Assembly: GCA_033764015.1 (NCBI GenBank)
Contig: JANRJK010000013.1
Location: forward strand, 160,001-224,000
DNA: 64,000 nt
Reading direction: 5' to 3'
Source of the DNA: Candidatus Sumerlaeia bacterium
Lineage (GTDB): Bacteria; Sumerlaeota; Sumerlaeia; SLMS01; JANRJK01
Part shown: positions 46,696 to 57,700 of the stretch, piece by piece
Layout: each line of letters begins with the position of its first letter
How positions within the stretch are numbered: the first letter of the stretch is position 1
Notes under the pieces: generated by a model
Told to the model about the DNA's origin: nothing
The model's input: the letters and a program-made list of their open reading frames with translations, nothing else
Databases searched by the model: none
Program-made: the position numbers and the translations under genes

Positions 46696-49600
46696 GTGGA
46701 CCACATGCTCGAGCCGCAGGATGGACCGCCGAGCGACCCGGGTTTATCCTGGGCCGCCGCCACACACACCGCCGCCAAGACTGGTGCCGCGCCGCCGTTC
46801 CGCACGGCTGCGCACCCGGTAACGCTGGCAACCCTCGCACCGAGTCCCGAGGCTCCCGGTTCCGCGCCCGCGGCGCAGGAGCGGGAGCAGACTGCGGCGT
46901 ATGGGCTGCGCGAGCGCATCGCCGTTGGAGGCATGGGCGAGGTGTGGGAGGGCGTCCAGCTCAGCCTTGGGCGCATCGTCGCGATCAAGCGTATCCGCGA
47001 AGACCGCATGCACCGCGCCCGCGACGGTGAGCGCGACCGGCTGTTCTGGGACTTCCGCAGCGAGGCGCTGGTGGCGGCATGGCTGGAGCACCCGAACATC
47101 GCGCCGGTGTACGACTTTGGCCGCGATGCGGACGGCGAGCCGATCTTGACGATGAAGATGGTGCGCGGTCGGCCGTGGAGCGAATTGCTCCGCGAGGACC
47201 GCGAGAGCCTCGGCATGGAGGAGTACCTCGCGAAGCACATCCCTGTGTTGGTTTCGATGGCACAGGCGGTCGCGTTCGCACATTCGCGTGGCATCGTGCA
47301 CCGCGACCTCAAGCCGTCGCAGGTGATGGTGGGCGAGTTTGGCGAGGCGCTGCTCATGGACTGGGGCCTTGCCATCCGATTCGGCGAGACTCCGATGCAG
47401 CCCACCGCGACGGTGGGGGCGGATGCCGTGCCCTCGCCGGACACCGCCACGAATCCGGCGGGGACGCCGGCCTTCATGGCTCCGGAGCAGACGGAGCCCG
47501 ACGCGCGCGGCGTCGGTCCCCACACGGACATCTTCCTGCTCGGCGGCACGCTGTACCACATTCTCACGGGTGCGTACCTCTACGATTCGGCCCGGGGCCC
47601 CGGGGCCGTCGCCCAGGCGCGCGAGTGCCGCGTGGTGCCGCCGGCGATGCGCACGCCTGGGGTGGCGCTGCCGGAGGAGCTCTGCCAGATCGCCATGACC
47701 GCTCTCGCGCGCAAGCCCGGGGAGCGGCAGCCATCCGCGCGCGCGTTTGTGGCGCAGCTTCAGGACTATCTCAGCGGCGCGGGTCGGCGCCGACACGCGG
47801 ACGAGCGTGTCCTCGCGGCGGAGTCGTGCCTTCGCCGCACGCCGCGGGGCTATGCGGACCTGGCGGAGGCGGCGGCCGCGCTGGACGAGGCGGCCCGTCA
47901 CTGGCCCTCGCACACGGGCCTCGCGCCGCTGCGCGAGGCATGCCTTGCGGCGCAGGCGGAGCTGGCGCTCGCGCAGGGCGACCTGTCCTTCGCGCGCGTG
48001 CAGGCGCGGGCGATGGCGCAGGGGGAGGCGCGCACCGCGCTGGAGCGCCGCGTGGACACGGAGGAACGCGCACGGGGGCGGCGGGCGCTTCTGTTCCGCG
48101 CGGCGGCGGTGGCCGTAGTCGCGATGGCCCTCGGGACCGCCTTCATCAGCGTCCGCCATTCACGCGAGATGCGCCAGAAGAACGAGGAGCTGAGCGCGCA
48201 GAAGGCGCTCGTGGAGCAGGGACGCGCGCAGGCGCAAGCGAGCCGCGAGGTTGCGCTCACGCAGTACCGCGGCACGGGCCGCCTCGTGGGGTTCATGCTG
48301 AACGATCTTCAGGGCTCGCTCGACAAGGAGCTGCCGCGCGACCGCGAGATCGCCCAGACGGTGGCCAGGGGGACCTCGGAGTACTACCTCGGTGCGGGGA
48401 CGGATGCGTTCGATGACGACCTGCTCGCGGAGCATGCGACTCAGCTCCTCGCGATCGCGCGCGCGTACAAGGACCTCGGGCTCCCCGAGGATTCGCTGAT
48501 GGTGGGCGAGAGCGCGGCGGAGATCCGTGCGCGCCTGTTCGGAGACGAGTCGCCGGAGTACGGCGAAGTGCTCTCCGTGACCGGCACCGCGCGGGAGGAA
48601 CTCGGCGACCTGGCCGGTGGGCTCGCGGACCTGCGGCGTGCCGTGGCGCTGACGGAGCGGCTGCCCGCCGGCGACATGCGGCGCTTCGGCGCGGTGAGCA
48701 ACCTCGCGGCGCACCTGTGGAGCCAGGGCGAGCTGCCCGAGGCGCTTTCCCTCGCGGAGGAGGCGCTGGCGCAGGCGGAGGCGCTTCCGCAGGACGATAC
48801 GCGCCCCCTCTTCCATGCGCTCGGGACAGTTTCCGGCACGCTGGTGGCAATGAACCGCCTCGACGAGGCCATGCCGATCCTCGACCGGCAGGAGGCGCTC
48901 ATCGCCGCCCACCCGGAGGGCCGCGAGCGAGACCTGATCAGCCTCCTGTTCACCCGCGCGAATGCGCTCCGCATGGGCGGCAAGCCGCCCGCGGAGGTGC
49001 TGGTGCCCCTCGAACGCGCGCTCGCCCTCGCGCGCACGCACCAGGGCCCGGACCACCCGGAGACCGACATGTTCGCGAACAACGTTGCCCTCATGTGGCA
49101 GCGCATGGGCCGCACGGAGGAAGCGCTCGCCGCCCACATGGATGTTTTCGAGCGCCGGAAGCTGCGCTTCGGCGAGGGCCACCGCGACACGGCCATCTCC
49201 ATGAACAACATCGCCTTGCTGCTCGACGACCTCGGGCGCGACGAGGAAGCGATGGATTGGCTGGACCGCGCCATCGCCTCGATCGAAGACACCGCCGGGC
49301 CGGATTCCGCGGACATCGCCGGCATGCTCGCCACGAAGGGCAGCATGCTATCCGAGCAGGGGCGCCTCGACGAGGCGGAGCCGCTATCCCGCAAGGCGAT
49401 TGCGATCAGGGAAGCCAAACTTGGCCCAAGCCACCCGGCCACCATGAACGCCCGCACCACGCTCCTCAAGGTATTGATGGAGAAGGCGCGCCTCGCGGAC
49501 AGCACAGGGGCCGATTCCGCCGCGCTCTGGGGCGACGCGAAAGCGTGCCTGGCCGAGTACCTCGACGCGACGCGCGGCGTGCCGCCGATCGCCGCCGCGA

Positions 49601-49767
49601 TGTCCGAGGTGCTGCTACGAACCGGGGATCTGGAACTCGCGCGCGAGCAGGCAACCGCGGCGGCGGGGGGTGGTTTCGGCAGCTCCCCCGAGGACCCGGA
49701 TCAGGCCCGCTTTCTGACGATCTGCGAGGAGTTGGGCGTCACGCCTCCGGCGCCGCCGGAAGAGTGA
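46696..49767 (+). CDS. Ser/Thr kinase-TM-TPR protein
   Basis: AVGGMGEVW, VAIK, HRDLKPSQ, DWG, APEQ; TM AAAVAVVAMALGTAFISV; TPR repeats GPDHPET...NNVA, GEGHRDTAISMNNIA, GPSHPAT. Confidence 0.92.
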   Translation: MDHMLEPQDGPPSDPGLSWAAATHTAAKTGAAPPFRTAAHPVTLATLAPSPEAPGSAPAAQEREQTAAYGLRERIAVGGMGEVWEGVQLSLGRIVAIKRIREDRMHRARDGERDRLFWDFRSEALVAAWLEHPNIAPVYDFGRDADGEPILTMKMVRGRPWSELLREDRESLGMEEYLAKHIPVLVSMAQAVAFAHSRGIVHRDLKPSQVMVGEFGEALLMDWGLAIRFGETPMQPTATVGADAVPSPDTATNPAGTPAFMAPEQTEPDARGVGPHTDIFLLGGTLYHILTGAYLYDSARGPGAVAQARECRVVPPAMRTPGVALPEELCQIAMTALARKPGERQPSARAFVAQLQDYLSGAGRRRHADERVLAAESCLRRTPRGYADLAEAAAALDEAARHWPSHTGLAPLREACLAAQAELALAQGDLSFARVQARAMAQGEARTALERRVDTEERARGRRALLFRAAAVAVVAMALGTAFISVRHSREMRQKNEELSAQKALVEQGRAQAQASREVALTQYRGTGRLVGFMLNDLQGSLDKELPRDREIAQTVARGTSEYYLGAGTDAFDDDLLAEHATQLLAIARAYKDLGLPEDSLMVGESAAEIRARLFGDESPEYGEVLSVTGTAREELGDLAGGLADLRRAVALTERLPAGDMRRFGAVSNLAAHLWSQGELPEALSLAEEALAQAEALPQDDTRPLFHALGTVSGTLVAMNRLDEAMPILDRQEALIAAHPEGRERDLISLLFTRANALRMGGKPPAEVLVPLERALALARTHQGPDHPETDMFANNVALMWQRMGRTEEALAAHMDVFERRKLRFGEGHRDTAISMNNIALLLDDLGRDEEAMDWLDRAIASIEDTAGPDSADIAGMLATKGSMLSEQGRLDEAEPLSRKAIAIREAKLGPSHPATMNARTTLLKVLMEKARLADSTGADSAALWGDAKACLAEYLDATRGVPPIAAAMSEVLLRTGDLELAREQATAAAGGGFGSSPEDPDQARFLTICEELGVTPPAPPEE

Positions 49768-49824
49768 CAGGGGAGAGCTGCTGAGGACCCGTCCTGGTCC
49801 TCGCCGTCGCTGGGTCTCGCGAAC

Positions 49825-49981
49825 CTGGAGCACTCCATCGAGTCTCCTAGCCAGCGTTCGCCTGGCTGTTTTCGAGGTTGGGCAAGGCAACCATCTCGCT
49901 CGACCTCCGCTGCCGTCACCCCTCGGGACATCGAAGCATGGTTCGCATTATGCAGCTGCGTTGCTTAGGAGAGTGCTCTAG
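49825..49981. mobile_element. Possible internally deleted IS630-like remnant (MITE-sized)
   Basis: Imperfect terminal inverted repeats ctggagcactc / gagtgctctag (10/11). A + frame reads AVTPRDIEAWFALCSC, like an IS630 transposase C-terminus. Confidence 0.35.
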
Positions 49982-51066
49982 CCCTGCGGCTCGATGCCGA
50001 GAACCCAGGCGCCCTCCCGTGCGGCATCCCTCACCAAGTCGAGCAACGCCGACGCGTCGCCACCGCCGCCGAAGAGCGCTGCGAGCGAAGCGCCGTGGCG
50101 GGCGACAAGTCGCGCCTGCGGCGGCGGCAAGAGCCCCGCGTTCCTCCCACCGCATTGCCGCACAGAGCTGAGCCACCAAGGGAGATCAACCCGCGGAGGA
50201 CCGGAAACGCCACCCAGTGCAAGGAAGTGCTCCCAGGCGATCATGGCATCGGGGGGCAGCGACCTCCAATTCGGCGGCGACGATTCGAGGTCGGCGAAGA
50301 ACTGCGCCGTCGATCCGGTGCGCGCCGAACGCCGCGAGCACGCCCCCACGCAGAGCGCCAGCACGAGCCGCCCCGCTTGGGGCGGCAACTTAGCCGAGTC
50401 CCCGTCTAGTTCGTCGAGGGCATCGGAAACCTCGGCGCTCGTCTGTGCCGCGTTCCGCGCCCTTGCCCACCAACCGGCGTCGACCGTTCCGGGCAGGAAG
50501 AGGAAATCGCGTTCAAACTCTTCCGCATCCAGCAGGTGCAGCGTCGTGGCCCGGGAGGAATCGGCGCGGGGCGGCGCCGTCACCAGCTCCGCTGCGAAGC
50601 TGCGGATCTTCGCCGCGACGAAGGCGCCGGTGCCGTCCCACTCCGCGCCGTGAAACCCCGTCGGGCGATCCGCCGCCGCAAGCACCGCATCGAGCGCGCA
50701 TGTGTAACTGTGCGCCTGATGCCCGAACATTGGTCCCTCGAGCAACGAGACCTCGAACGCCGGCTGCGGGGTCCGCTGGAAGAGGACGAGCGTGCAAGGC
50801 GACCCCGTCCGGTCGCGCCACCAGGCCACGAGCTCCCCCTGCCGCGCGTGTGCGCTCGCGAGATAGCTGCGGACGATGTCCGGGAGCTGGTCGCCCTGGA
50901 GGACCCGGGCGCGCTCCTGGAGGAACTCGCCAGCCTGCGAGATCGTCGAGCCCGTGAACGCCCGATACGTTCGGACCGCGAGCATCATGTCGTTGTTGCG
51001 GAGAGCCGCATCGAGCTCATCCAACTGCGCCGACGTCAACGAAGCGGCCACCTTGAGTTCCACCAA
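49978..51066 (-). CDS. Hypothetical protein with N-terminal ribosomal L7/L12 C-terminal-like domain
   Basis: MMLAVRTYRAFTGSTISQAGEFL resembles the AIKxYRxxTGxxLxEAK motif; coding-like GC3. Confidence 0.6.
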   Translation of the reverse strand: MVELKVAASLTSAQLDELDAALRNNDMMLAVRTYRAFTGSTISQAGEFLQERARVLQGDQLPDIVRSYLASAHARQGELVAWWRDRTGSPCTLVLFQRTPQPAFEVSLLEGPMFGHQAHSYTCALDAVLAAADRPTGFHGAEWDGTGAFVAAKIRSFAAELVTAPPRADSSRATTLHLLDAEEFERDFLFLPGTVDAGWWARARNAAQTSAEVSDALDELDGDSAKLPPQAGRLVLALCVGACSRRSARTGSTAQFFADLESSPPNWRSLPPDAMIAWEHFLALGGVSGPPRVDLPWWLSSVRQCGGRNAGLLPPPQARLVARHGASLAALFGGGGDASALLDLVRDAAREGAWVLGIEPQG

Positions 51067-51489
51067 AGAGCGATCTGGATTCCCGATAGCTGCATCGTGC
51101 TCCGGCGGCTTGCCGCTGGCAAGCGGAGCCGCGCCCCCTCGCCGGAACGCCCCTCGCCAGCGCGGGCGTAGAAGGTACCGCAGGCATCGAGTCCGCCCCC
51201 GGACTATCGCGACACCCCTAAGGGCTGCCTACCGTGAGAGTGGCCCGCCCTTGCCACCGCGCGCACCACTCCCAGCCCTTCCCGTAAGTGTCGGCGAGAT
51301 GGCATTCCACGGAACACACGAACCGGAGACTTGGAATCCCTGGTCACCTGCTTTATTCGGAATCCGAGCTGTGGAGGGCTTGGCGGAGTCGGGCACGACC
51401 GCGGGGGGGAGGGCTCGGAGGTACTGGAGCCCATGGTTGGAACCCATGGCAATTACCACGATTAGGCGGGCCTCCCGGGTCAGAGCCGC

Positions 51490-54400
51490 TTAGCCCTTCT
51501 GAAACTTGTGCAGGAGGCGCCGAGCCGCCTCCGAGTACTGTGCGATTCCGAGCGCCTCCGCTTGCGCAGCGGCGGCTTGAGCGGCTGCCGCCGCTTGCTG
51601 GCGGCCCTCGGGTGCCGGCCCCCCCCAGAGAATCGCAGCATCGACGAGCATCGCCCGGATGCGGAGTTCCACGGCGCCGTCCATCCCAGCCGCGCGATCA
51701 CGTATGGCGGCCACGATCCGATGGGCTCGCTCGAGATCGCGAGCTGAGGCACTCGCGAGCGGATGAGCGCGCGCTTCCGCCGCCGTCAGCGCGGGGATTA
51801 GCGGCTCCTTGCCCGCGCGGTTCACCCGCCTCAGCAGCACACGAGCGCGACGAGCCGGTGCCAGCGCCTCGCCGGGACGCCCCACCGCGAGCAGCGCCCG
51901 CGCAAGGTTGTTCAGGGCGTAGCCCTCGACCTGTGCCGACCCGATTCGCCGGGCGGAGTCCGCGGCCTCGGCGGCACGCTCCAGCGCCTCCGAGCCGCGT
52001 TCGAGGTGTAGCAGCAGGTTTGATTCGTTGAGCGACGCGATGGCCGCGTGTAAGGTTTGCCCGAGGCGTTGCGACAACTCGCGGCCCTGGGAGAACGCAT
52101 CCGCCGCGGCGCCGTAGCGCCCCAGCCGCTCGCGCAGGATCCCGAGGTTGATCAGGGTCGCCGCAAGCATCGGCAGGCGGCGGCACTGGCGGTAAATCGG
52201 CGCCGCCCCTGTCAGCAGGTCATGCGCCGCCGCGACCTCCCCGCGGTGCCATCGAACCATCGCCTCGTTGTTGAGCGCGTCGGCTTCCGCGGAGGGCTGG
52301 CCAGAGCGCCTCGCGACTTCGGACCCCTCCGCGAAGTCCCGCAATGCCTCGTCGTTCCGCTCCCGGGCACGAGCCAGTTCCCCTCGTGCGATCAGCGACG
52401 GCGCGAGCAAGCGGTCGATCGCGTTGCTTCTCGAATGCGCGAACGCGGCTTCAAGGTGCGGCTCCGCATCCTCATGGCGCGACTGCCTGAGCAACGCCGC
52501 GCCAAGCCAGAGCGAGGCCTCGCACTCGAGCATTCCGTTCGACAATGCCCGCGCGTCGGCGAGCGATTGCCGCAGCACGGACTCACCTTCCAAATGCTCG
52601 CCGAGCGATTGGAGGAGATAGCCGAGGCGCCCGAGCGCCCGCGCACGGGCTGCGGGGGGCAGCCCCCCCACCGATTCCTTTTCCGCAAGCGCGAGCAACC
52701 GTCGCAACGACTCGACTGCTTCCTTGAATGCGCCAAGCCGTTCGCGATGATCCGCCACACGCAACAACCAGGGAATCGCCGCAGCGGTCTGCCCCGCCAG
52801 TTCCCGGTGCCTTGCGATGGCCGCGCACACGTCACCGGAAGGCTCCGGGAAGGTCTCCTCCAGCCGCCTCGCAGCTTCCTCGTGAAGGAGCCGCTGCTGT
52901 GCGGGTAGTAGCATTTCGTAGGCAACATCCCGCGTGATCGACTGGATGAAACGCAGTAGCACCTCGTCCCCGCCCCGCCCATTCGCGGCTAGGAACTCCT
53001 TCGCCTGCAGTCCCGCGAGCGAGCGCTCCAACTCCCCCCTGACCTGCTCCAGCGAAGCCAGAAGGCCGCGCGAAAACTCGTAGCCGAGGACCGCGCCCGC
53101 CTGGAGTGTCTGCCGCATCCGCGCGCTGAGCCTGTCGATGCGCCACTGAATCACTCCGCGCAGCGTGGCGGGGACGGATCCCGAGGCGGAATCGTCCCCC
53201 CCGTCGCGTTCCAACGCGACTAGCTCCGCCTGGTAGAGCGGGTTCCCCGAGGCCCGCGAGGCAAGCTCCTCGATCTTCTCATCCGGCAGCCCCAGCCCTT
53301 CGGTGATGCGCCGAGCGAGTCTCAACGAGTCCTCCGGCGCCAGCCCGCGAAGCCGCATGACGAGGCTCGTGCATTCCCGGAGCTTCCCTTCGGGAACCTC
53401 CCCATCGCGGCCCGCAAGCAAGAGCGCGCGCCCGCCCCCTCCCGCCGCAAACTCTTCCAGGAAGCGGGCGGATAGCGCGTCGATCCATTGGAAGTCGTCG
53501 ACGACGAGGAGGACGCTTCGCCCCGCGGCCCCGTGGCCGAGCGCCTCGGCGAGCACGCGAAAGACAGACGCCCGGAGGTCCGCGGACTCGACGGCCTCGA
53601 GCGCCCGGACGGCCCACGACTCCCCGAGCAGATAGCCGATGATCGGAGCGTCCTCGGGATCGAGCCCCGGGCGCGCAGCGAAAAAGGCGCGAACACCCGC
53701 CGAACCCTCCCCTCCGCTTCCGACCTCCGCCCGCAGCCACGCCACAAACGGGGCTAGCATGAAGTGCTCGCCCTCCGGTGTCCCGCGCAGGCTGACCAGT
53801 TTCGCGCGGTCCTCGATACGATAGCCCAACTGTTCGAGAAGGCGGCTCTTCCCGATGCCCGCCTCACCGCTGACCAACGCGACCTTACCGACAGCACCCG
53901 GCCCGGGTGCGTCGAACCACTCGAGGAGCCTCGCCAGCTCGCGATCACGACCGATGAAAGGCAGCGGTGGGCGACCGCCCAAGCTGTCCGAAGTCCGCTC
54001 CGCCCCCACCCGGTGGGCCACGTAACCATCGGAGATGTTCTTGAGTACCAGCGGCTGCGTTTCCGCAATGTCCCAGCGGTGCGCCACGAGCCGCCCCGTT
54101 GTCTGGCACACGAGCACCTGACCGGGCACCGAATTCTGCTCCAAGCGCGCGGCCAGATTCACCGTCGGGCCGATGACGGCGAACTGCCGGTGGGCGCCTG
54201 CCTCCTTGACGGTTGAGAGCAACTCGCCGGTGGCGACACCCGCGCGCGCCGACAGCGCCTTGCCATCGGGCCGGCGGACTTCCGCGAGGCGCGTGACAAA
54301 ACCAGTCGCCGCGGCGACAGCACTCTCCGCGTCGTTCCCGAACGAATACGGCGCGCCGAAGACCATGAAGACGCCATCGCCCGCAAAGTCGACCACGAAC

Positions 54401-54759
54401 CCATTGTGCGCGAGCGCCTCCTCCATCGCGATCGCGGAGAACTCGTTGATGAGCCTCTCCATCACCTCCGGGTGGTACTCGCGGCTCATCGCGCTGAACC
54501 CCGAGACGTCGGCGAAGACGGCGGTCGCGACGCGCATCTCGCGCGACATCTCGGATAGAAGTCTGCGCTGTCGTTCGAGCGCTGCATCGGAGACCGCTGG
54601 GCTGCGCCGGTCGAACTGCTCGCGGAACCGCCGCTCGATGTCGTCCGCGGGCTTCGCTGCGCTTGCCGCCGAAGGCGCGGCGGTGGCGCTCCAACCGCAA
54701 AACGGGCAGTTGGTCGCGTTCGCCGCCAGCGCCTCAGCGCAAACGGGGCAAACTACCAT
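51490..54759 (-). CDS. Zn-ribbon + class III nucleotidyl cyclase + AAA/STAND-like ATPase + TPR protein
   Basis: CPVC...CPFC; VFADVSGFS, GDG, TVNLAARLE; FIGRDREL, GEAGIGKSRL, VVDDFQWID, GNPLY; C-terminal TPRs. Confidence 0.92.
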   Translation of the reverse strand: MVVCPVCAEALAANATNCPFCGWSATAAPSAASAAKPADDIERRFREQFDRRSPAVSDAALERQRRLLSEMSREMRVATAVFADVSGFSAMSREYHPEVMERLINEFSAIAMEEALAHNGFVVDFAGDGVFMVFGAPYSFGNDAESAVAAATGFVTRLAEVRRPDGKALSARAGVATGELLSTVKEAGAHRQFAVIGPTVNLAARLEQNSVPGQVLVCQTTGRLVAHRWDIAETQPLVLKNISDGYVAHRVGAERTSDSLGGRPPLPFIGRDRELARLLEWFDAPGPGAVGKVALVSGEAGIGKSRLLEQLGYRIEDRAKLVSLRGTPEGEHFMLAPFVAWLRAEVGSGGEGSAGVRAFFAARPGLDPEDAPIIGYLLGESWAVRALEAVESADLRASVFRVLAEALGHGAAGRSVLLVVDDFQWIDALSARFLEEFAAGGGGRALLLAGRDGEVPEGKLRECTSLVMRLRGLAPEDSLRLARRITEGLGLPDEKIEELASRASGNPLYQAELVALERDGGDDSASGSVPATLRGVIQWRIDRLSARMRQTLQAGAVLGYEFSRGLLASLEQVRGELERSLAGLQAKEFLAANGRGGDEVLLRFIQSITRDVAYEMLLPAQQRLLHEEAARRLEETFPEPSGDVCAAIARHRELAGQTAAAIPWLLRVADHRERLGAFKEAVESLRRLLALAEKESVGGLPPAARARALGRLGYLLQSLGEHLEGESVLRQSLADARALSNGMLECEASLWLGAALLRQSRHEDAEPHLEAAFAHSRSNAIDRLLAPSLIARGELARARERNDEALRDFAEGSEVARRSGQPSAEADALNNEAMVRWHRGEVAAAHDLLTGAAPIYRQCRRLPMLAATLINLGILRERLGRYGAAADAFSQGRELSQRLGQTLHAAIASLNESNLLLHLERGSEALERAAEAADSARRIGSAQVEGYALNNLARALLAVGRPGEALAPARRARVLLRRVNRAGKEPLIPALTAAEARAHPLASASARDLERAHRIVAAIRDRAAGMDGAVELRIRAMLVDAAILWGGPAPEGRQQAAAAAQAAAAQAEALGIAQYSEAARRLLHKFQKG

Positions 54760-54784
54760 CTACGCAACTCCGGGGTCCTGCGCC

Positions 54785-57700
54785 TCACTCATAACTCATC
54801 CAACTGCCCGACCCGGCGGGCGCCGCGACGACCGTGAGGGACGCAAATGCCGCGTCGCTCAGTTTCGTTTCCGCTCCGTCGGCGTACTCCGCATAGAACG
54901 CGAGGATGTGCTGGCCCGGTTCCGCGGGCGTGATCGGCGTGGCTGTCTGCCAGACCGAGGTCGCGCCGACGCGCGTCAGGTCTACTTCCTCCGGCGAGGC
55001 GAGAGTGCCGTCCGGAAGCCGTCGCGTCAGGTAGACGCGAACCGGATCGACGCCTTCGAGCAGTGTGGCTTCGAAAATCGCCGAAGCGCCTGCGGCGATC
55101 ACCGGGGTCGGTGTCCGAGCCGAGACGATGAACGGCAGGCCGCTCGGGTCGTCGCCGGCGAACGCGTAGCGCCGCCCGAGGAACAGCGAGCCTGCGACCG
55201 CGCCGTCGTTCTTGTCCGCGACGCCGTCTCCGTTGTCGTCGAGCAGCGGGCGCACGAGGCCCGGAAGGAATGTGTCGAAGAAGTTGCGCCCGGCGCGGTA
55301 GGCGGTCCGCAGCGGTTGGCCCTGGTAGGCGCTCGAGAGGAAGCGTTGCGAGAACGAAGTGAACGGCGCGAACCAGAGGTAGAGTCCCGAATCGCCCGCT
55401 CGGCTGCCGAGGATGACCACGCGCCCCGGTGCTGAAAGCGTCGTCAGCCACTCGCCCGCGCCTGGAGTGTCGAGCACGACGACCGCGGTCGCCGCCGGGC
55501 GCGCCGTCTGGAAGCTGTCCAGCGCCGCGTCGAGCTGAGCAGCCGTGAGTGTGTCCCCTGCCGACAGCCGCAGCTCGCCAGCCGCTGCGCGGTCGCCCGC
55601 CAGGTGCACGAAGAGCCGCCCATCCGAAGGCAGTTCCGAGACCGCCCAGGTGTTGATCGACGAAACGATCTCCGCCGCGCTCACCGGTGTCGGCGTCGAC
55701 GGCGTGCGGTATCGGACCCAGGCTGGCTGGGGCACGCCGTTGTTATCCTGGAAGCGGACTTCATAGATGTTCTTCGCGAGCGCCGCGATGCCCTGGTAAG
55801 CCAAGTTGTCAAGTACCCCCGCGCCCTCTCCCGCCGCGATCAGCGCCCGGATCGCCGTCGCATCGGGGTCGGTGCCGGAGCTGATCGTCACCGTCGCGAA
55901 GCGCGGGTTCGACAGCCGCTCGTTCTGGAACGTCGCGACGAAGGAGATGTTGTACGCCCCCGGGATCGTGAACGGCTCCGCATCCACCGTCGCCTCCCAA
56001 AGCGCCGGATCCCCCGGGTTCTGAACGAGTTCGATGGTGGGAAGGTTCGACACTGGGTCGCCCGTGGGCACCGCGGGCGCCGGCGTGCGGATCGTCGCGA
56101 CGACGGAGAGCGGCGTCTGGCCCGGAAGCATCCGCGCAAAGAGGTTCACCGGCGCCGACGCCTGCACGCCGGAGGGCGTGACCGAATCAAAGGCCGGGAA
56201 GAACTGGTTGATGTCGGTGGTGGACTGCACGCCGTAGGCCCAGGTCGCGCCGAAGAACTCCTCGTTCGCGACGTCGATCCCCGCGGCGCCGCCGTCGTCA
56301 ATCTGCGGGCGCTGCTGGGCCACGCTGAACGTCTGGAAGAAGAGGTCCGCCGAGCGGAACGCCTCGCCCAGCGAGTTGCCCATGTAGGCCGAGCCGAGGA
56401 ACGTGTACATGAACGACGACAGGTCCGGAGGCGGCAGGAACACCGCTTCCGAGTCGCGGGTCGTCGAGGAGATGACGATGCGCTTCCGCTCCGTGGGGTT
56501 GCCGGCGTCCTTCGCGCAGTCGTCCACGAAGCGCCCCGAGTAGCAGCAATCCACCACGAGCGACACATCCACCGGACTCGTCGCCTGCAGGTCGTCGAGC
56601 CACGTGTCCATCTGCGTCGTCGTCAGGCCCTCCGACGGGTTCATGCGGAACGCCATGAAGTCCTCCGTCGTGTAGCCATGGTCGACCATAAGCACCAGGA
56701 GCCGCCCTGCCTCCCCGGCGAACGATCCGGTCAGGGCGTCACTCAACTCCGCAACCGTCGAGGGGCCATCGACATCGCTGATGCCATCGCCATCCACATC
56801 TCTCTCGCCGAACGCGGAAAGGTAAAGGATGTTCGCCGCCGTGTAACCACGGGCGCGGAGCACTTGGTAGGCGTACGCGCCAAGCTCGTCGGTCTGCTCG
56901 GCAATACCGTTCCCGTCATAGGGGCCGCCACCCGCGACAATGATCGCGCGGGGGGGGGCCACATCCCATATTGAAGCCGTGCCATCGCTTGAGGCGAGAG
57001 CAAGTCTTCCCGTTGCAGCGTCAAACGAAAGGCCCGTGATGTTCGCATTGTGGGCACCGTACTCCGCTACCAGGTCACCGCTTGCGACTTCCCAAATGCG
57101 GGCAGCAAAGTCGCTCTGGTTATTCTCGAACTGGCCACCACCACTTACAATTCGTTGACCATTTCCTAGGAAGCACACCTCCGAAACATCATCATCATGG
57201 CCAATCATAGTCACAATCAATGAACCATTGGCCGGATCCCACATTTTGATTGTCTTGTCCTGCGCTGAGGCCAGACGGCTTCCATCCGGCGAGTAGGCCA
57301 ATCCACTGACATGCTGCGAACCAGCCACCCAGAACCGCAGTTGGCTTCCTGTAGTGGAATCCCATATGCTTATTGTGTTATCGGAAAAAGCGGACGTTTC
57401 GATTTCAGTTCCGCCTCCCGTGGCAAGAGTTTGGCCATCGGGACTCCATGCGACGCAGTAAACGCCTGGGCCACCATGTGGTAATGTTTGTAGGAGTGCA
57501 CCAGTCTGAGTGTCCCATATCCGAGCCGTTGAATCCGACGGGCAGGCGGTAGCTAACCGTCCTCCATCGGGACTCAGCGCGACATCGACAACATTTCCAG
57601 TATGGCCTGTGAAGGCCATTTCGAAGGAAGGTGTGAGGAAGTCCCATTTCACCACTTGGCCATCGATAAGCGACGAGTAAACATGCTGCTCGTCGCTGGA

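Noticed and set aside
51070..51490. Possible tmRNA/6S/RNase P RNA in a long intergenic gap
   Set aside because: Only short hairpins are present, with no tRNA-like ends or conserved RNase P motifs.
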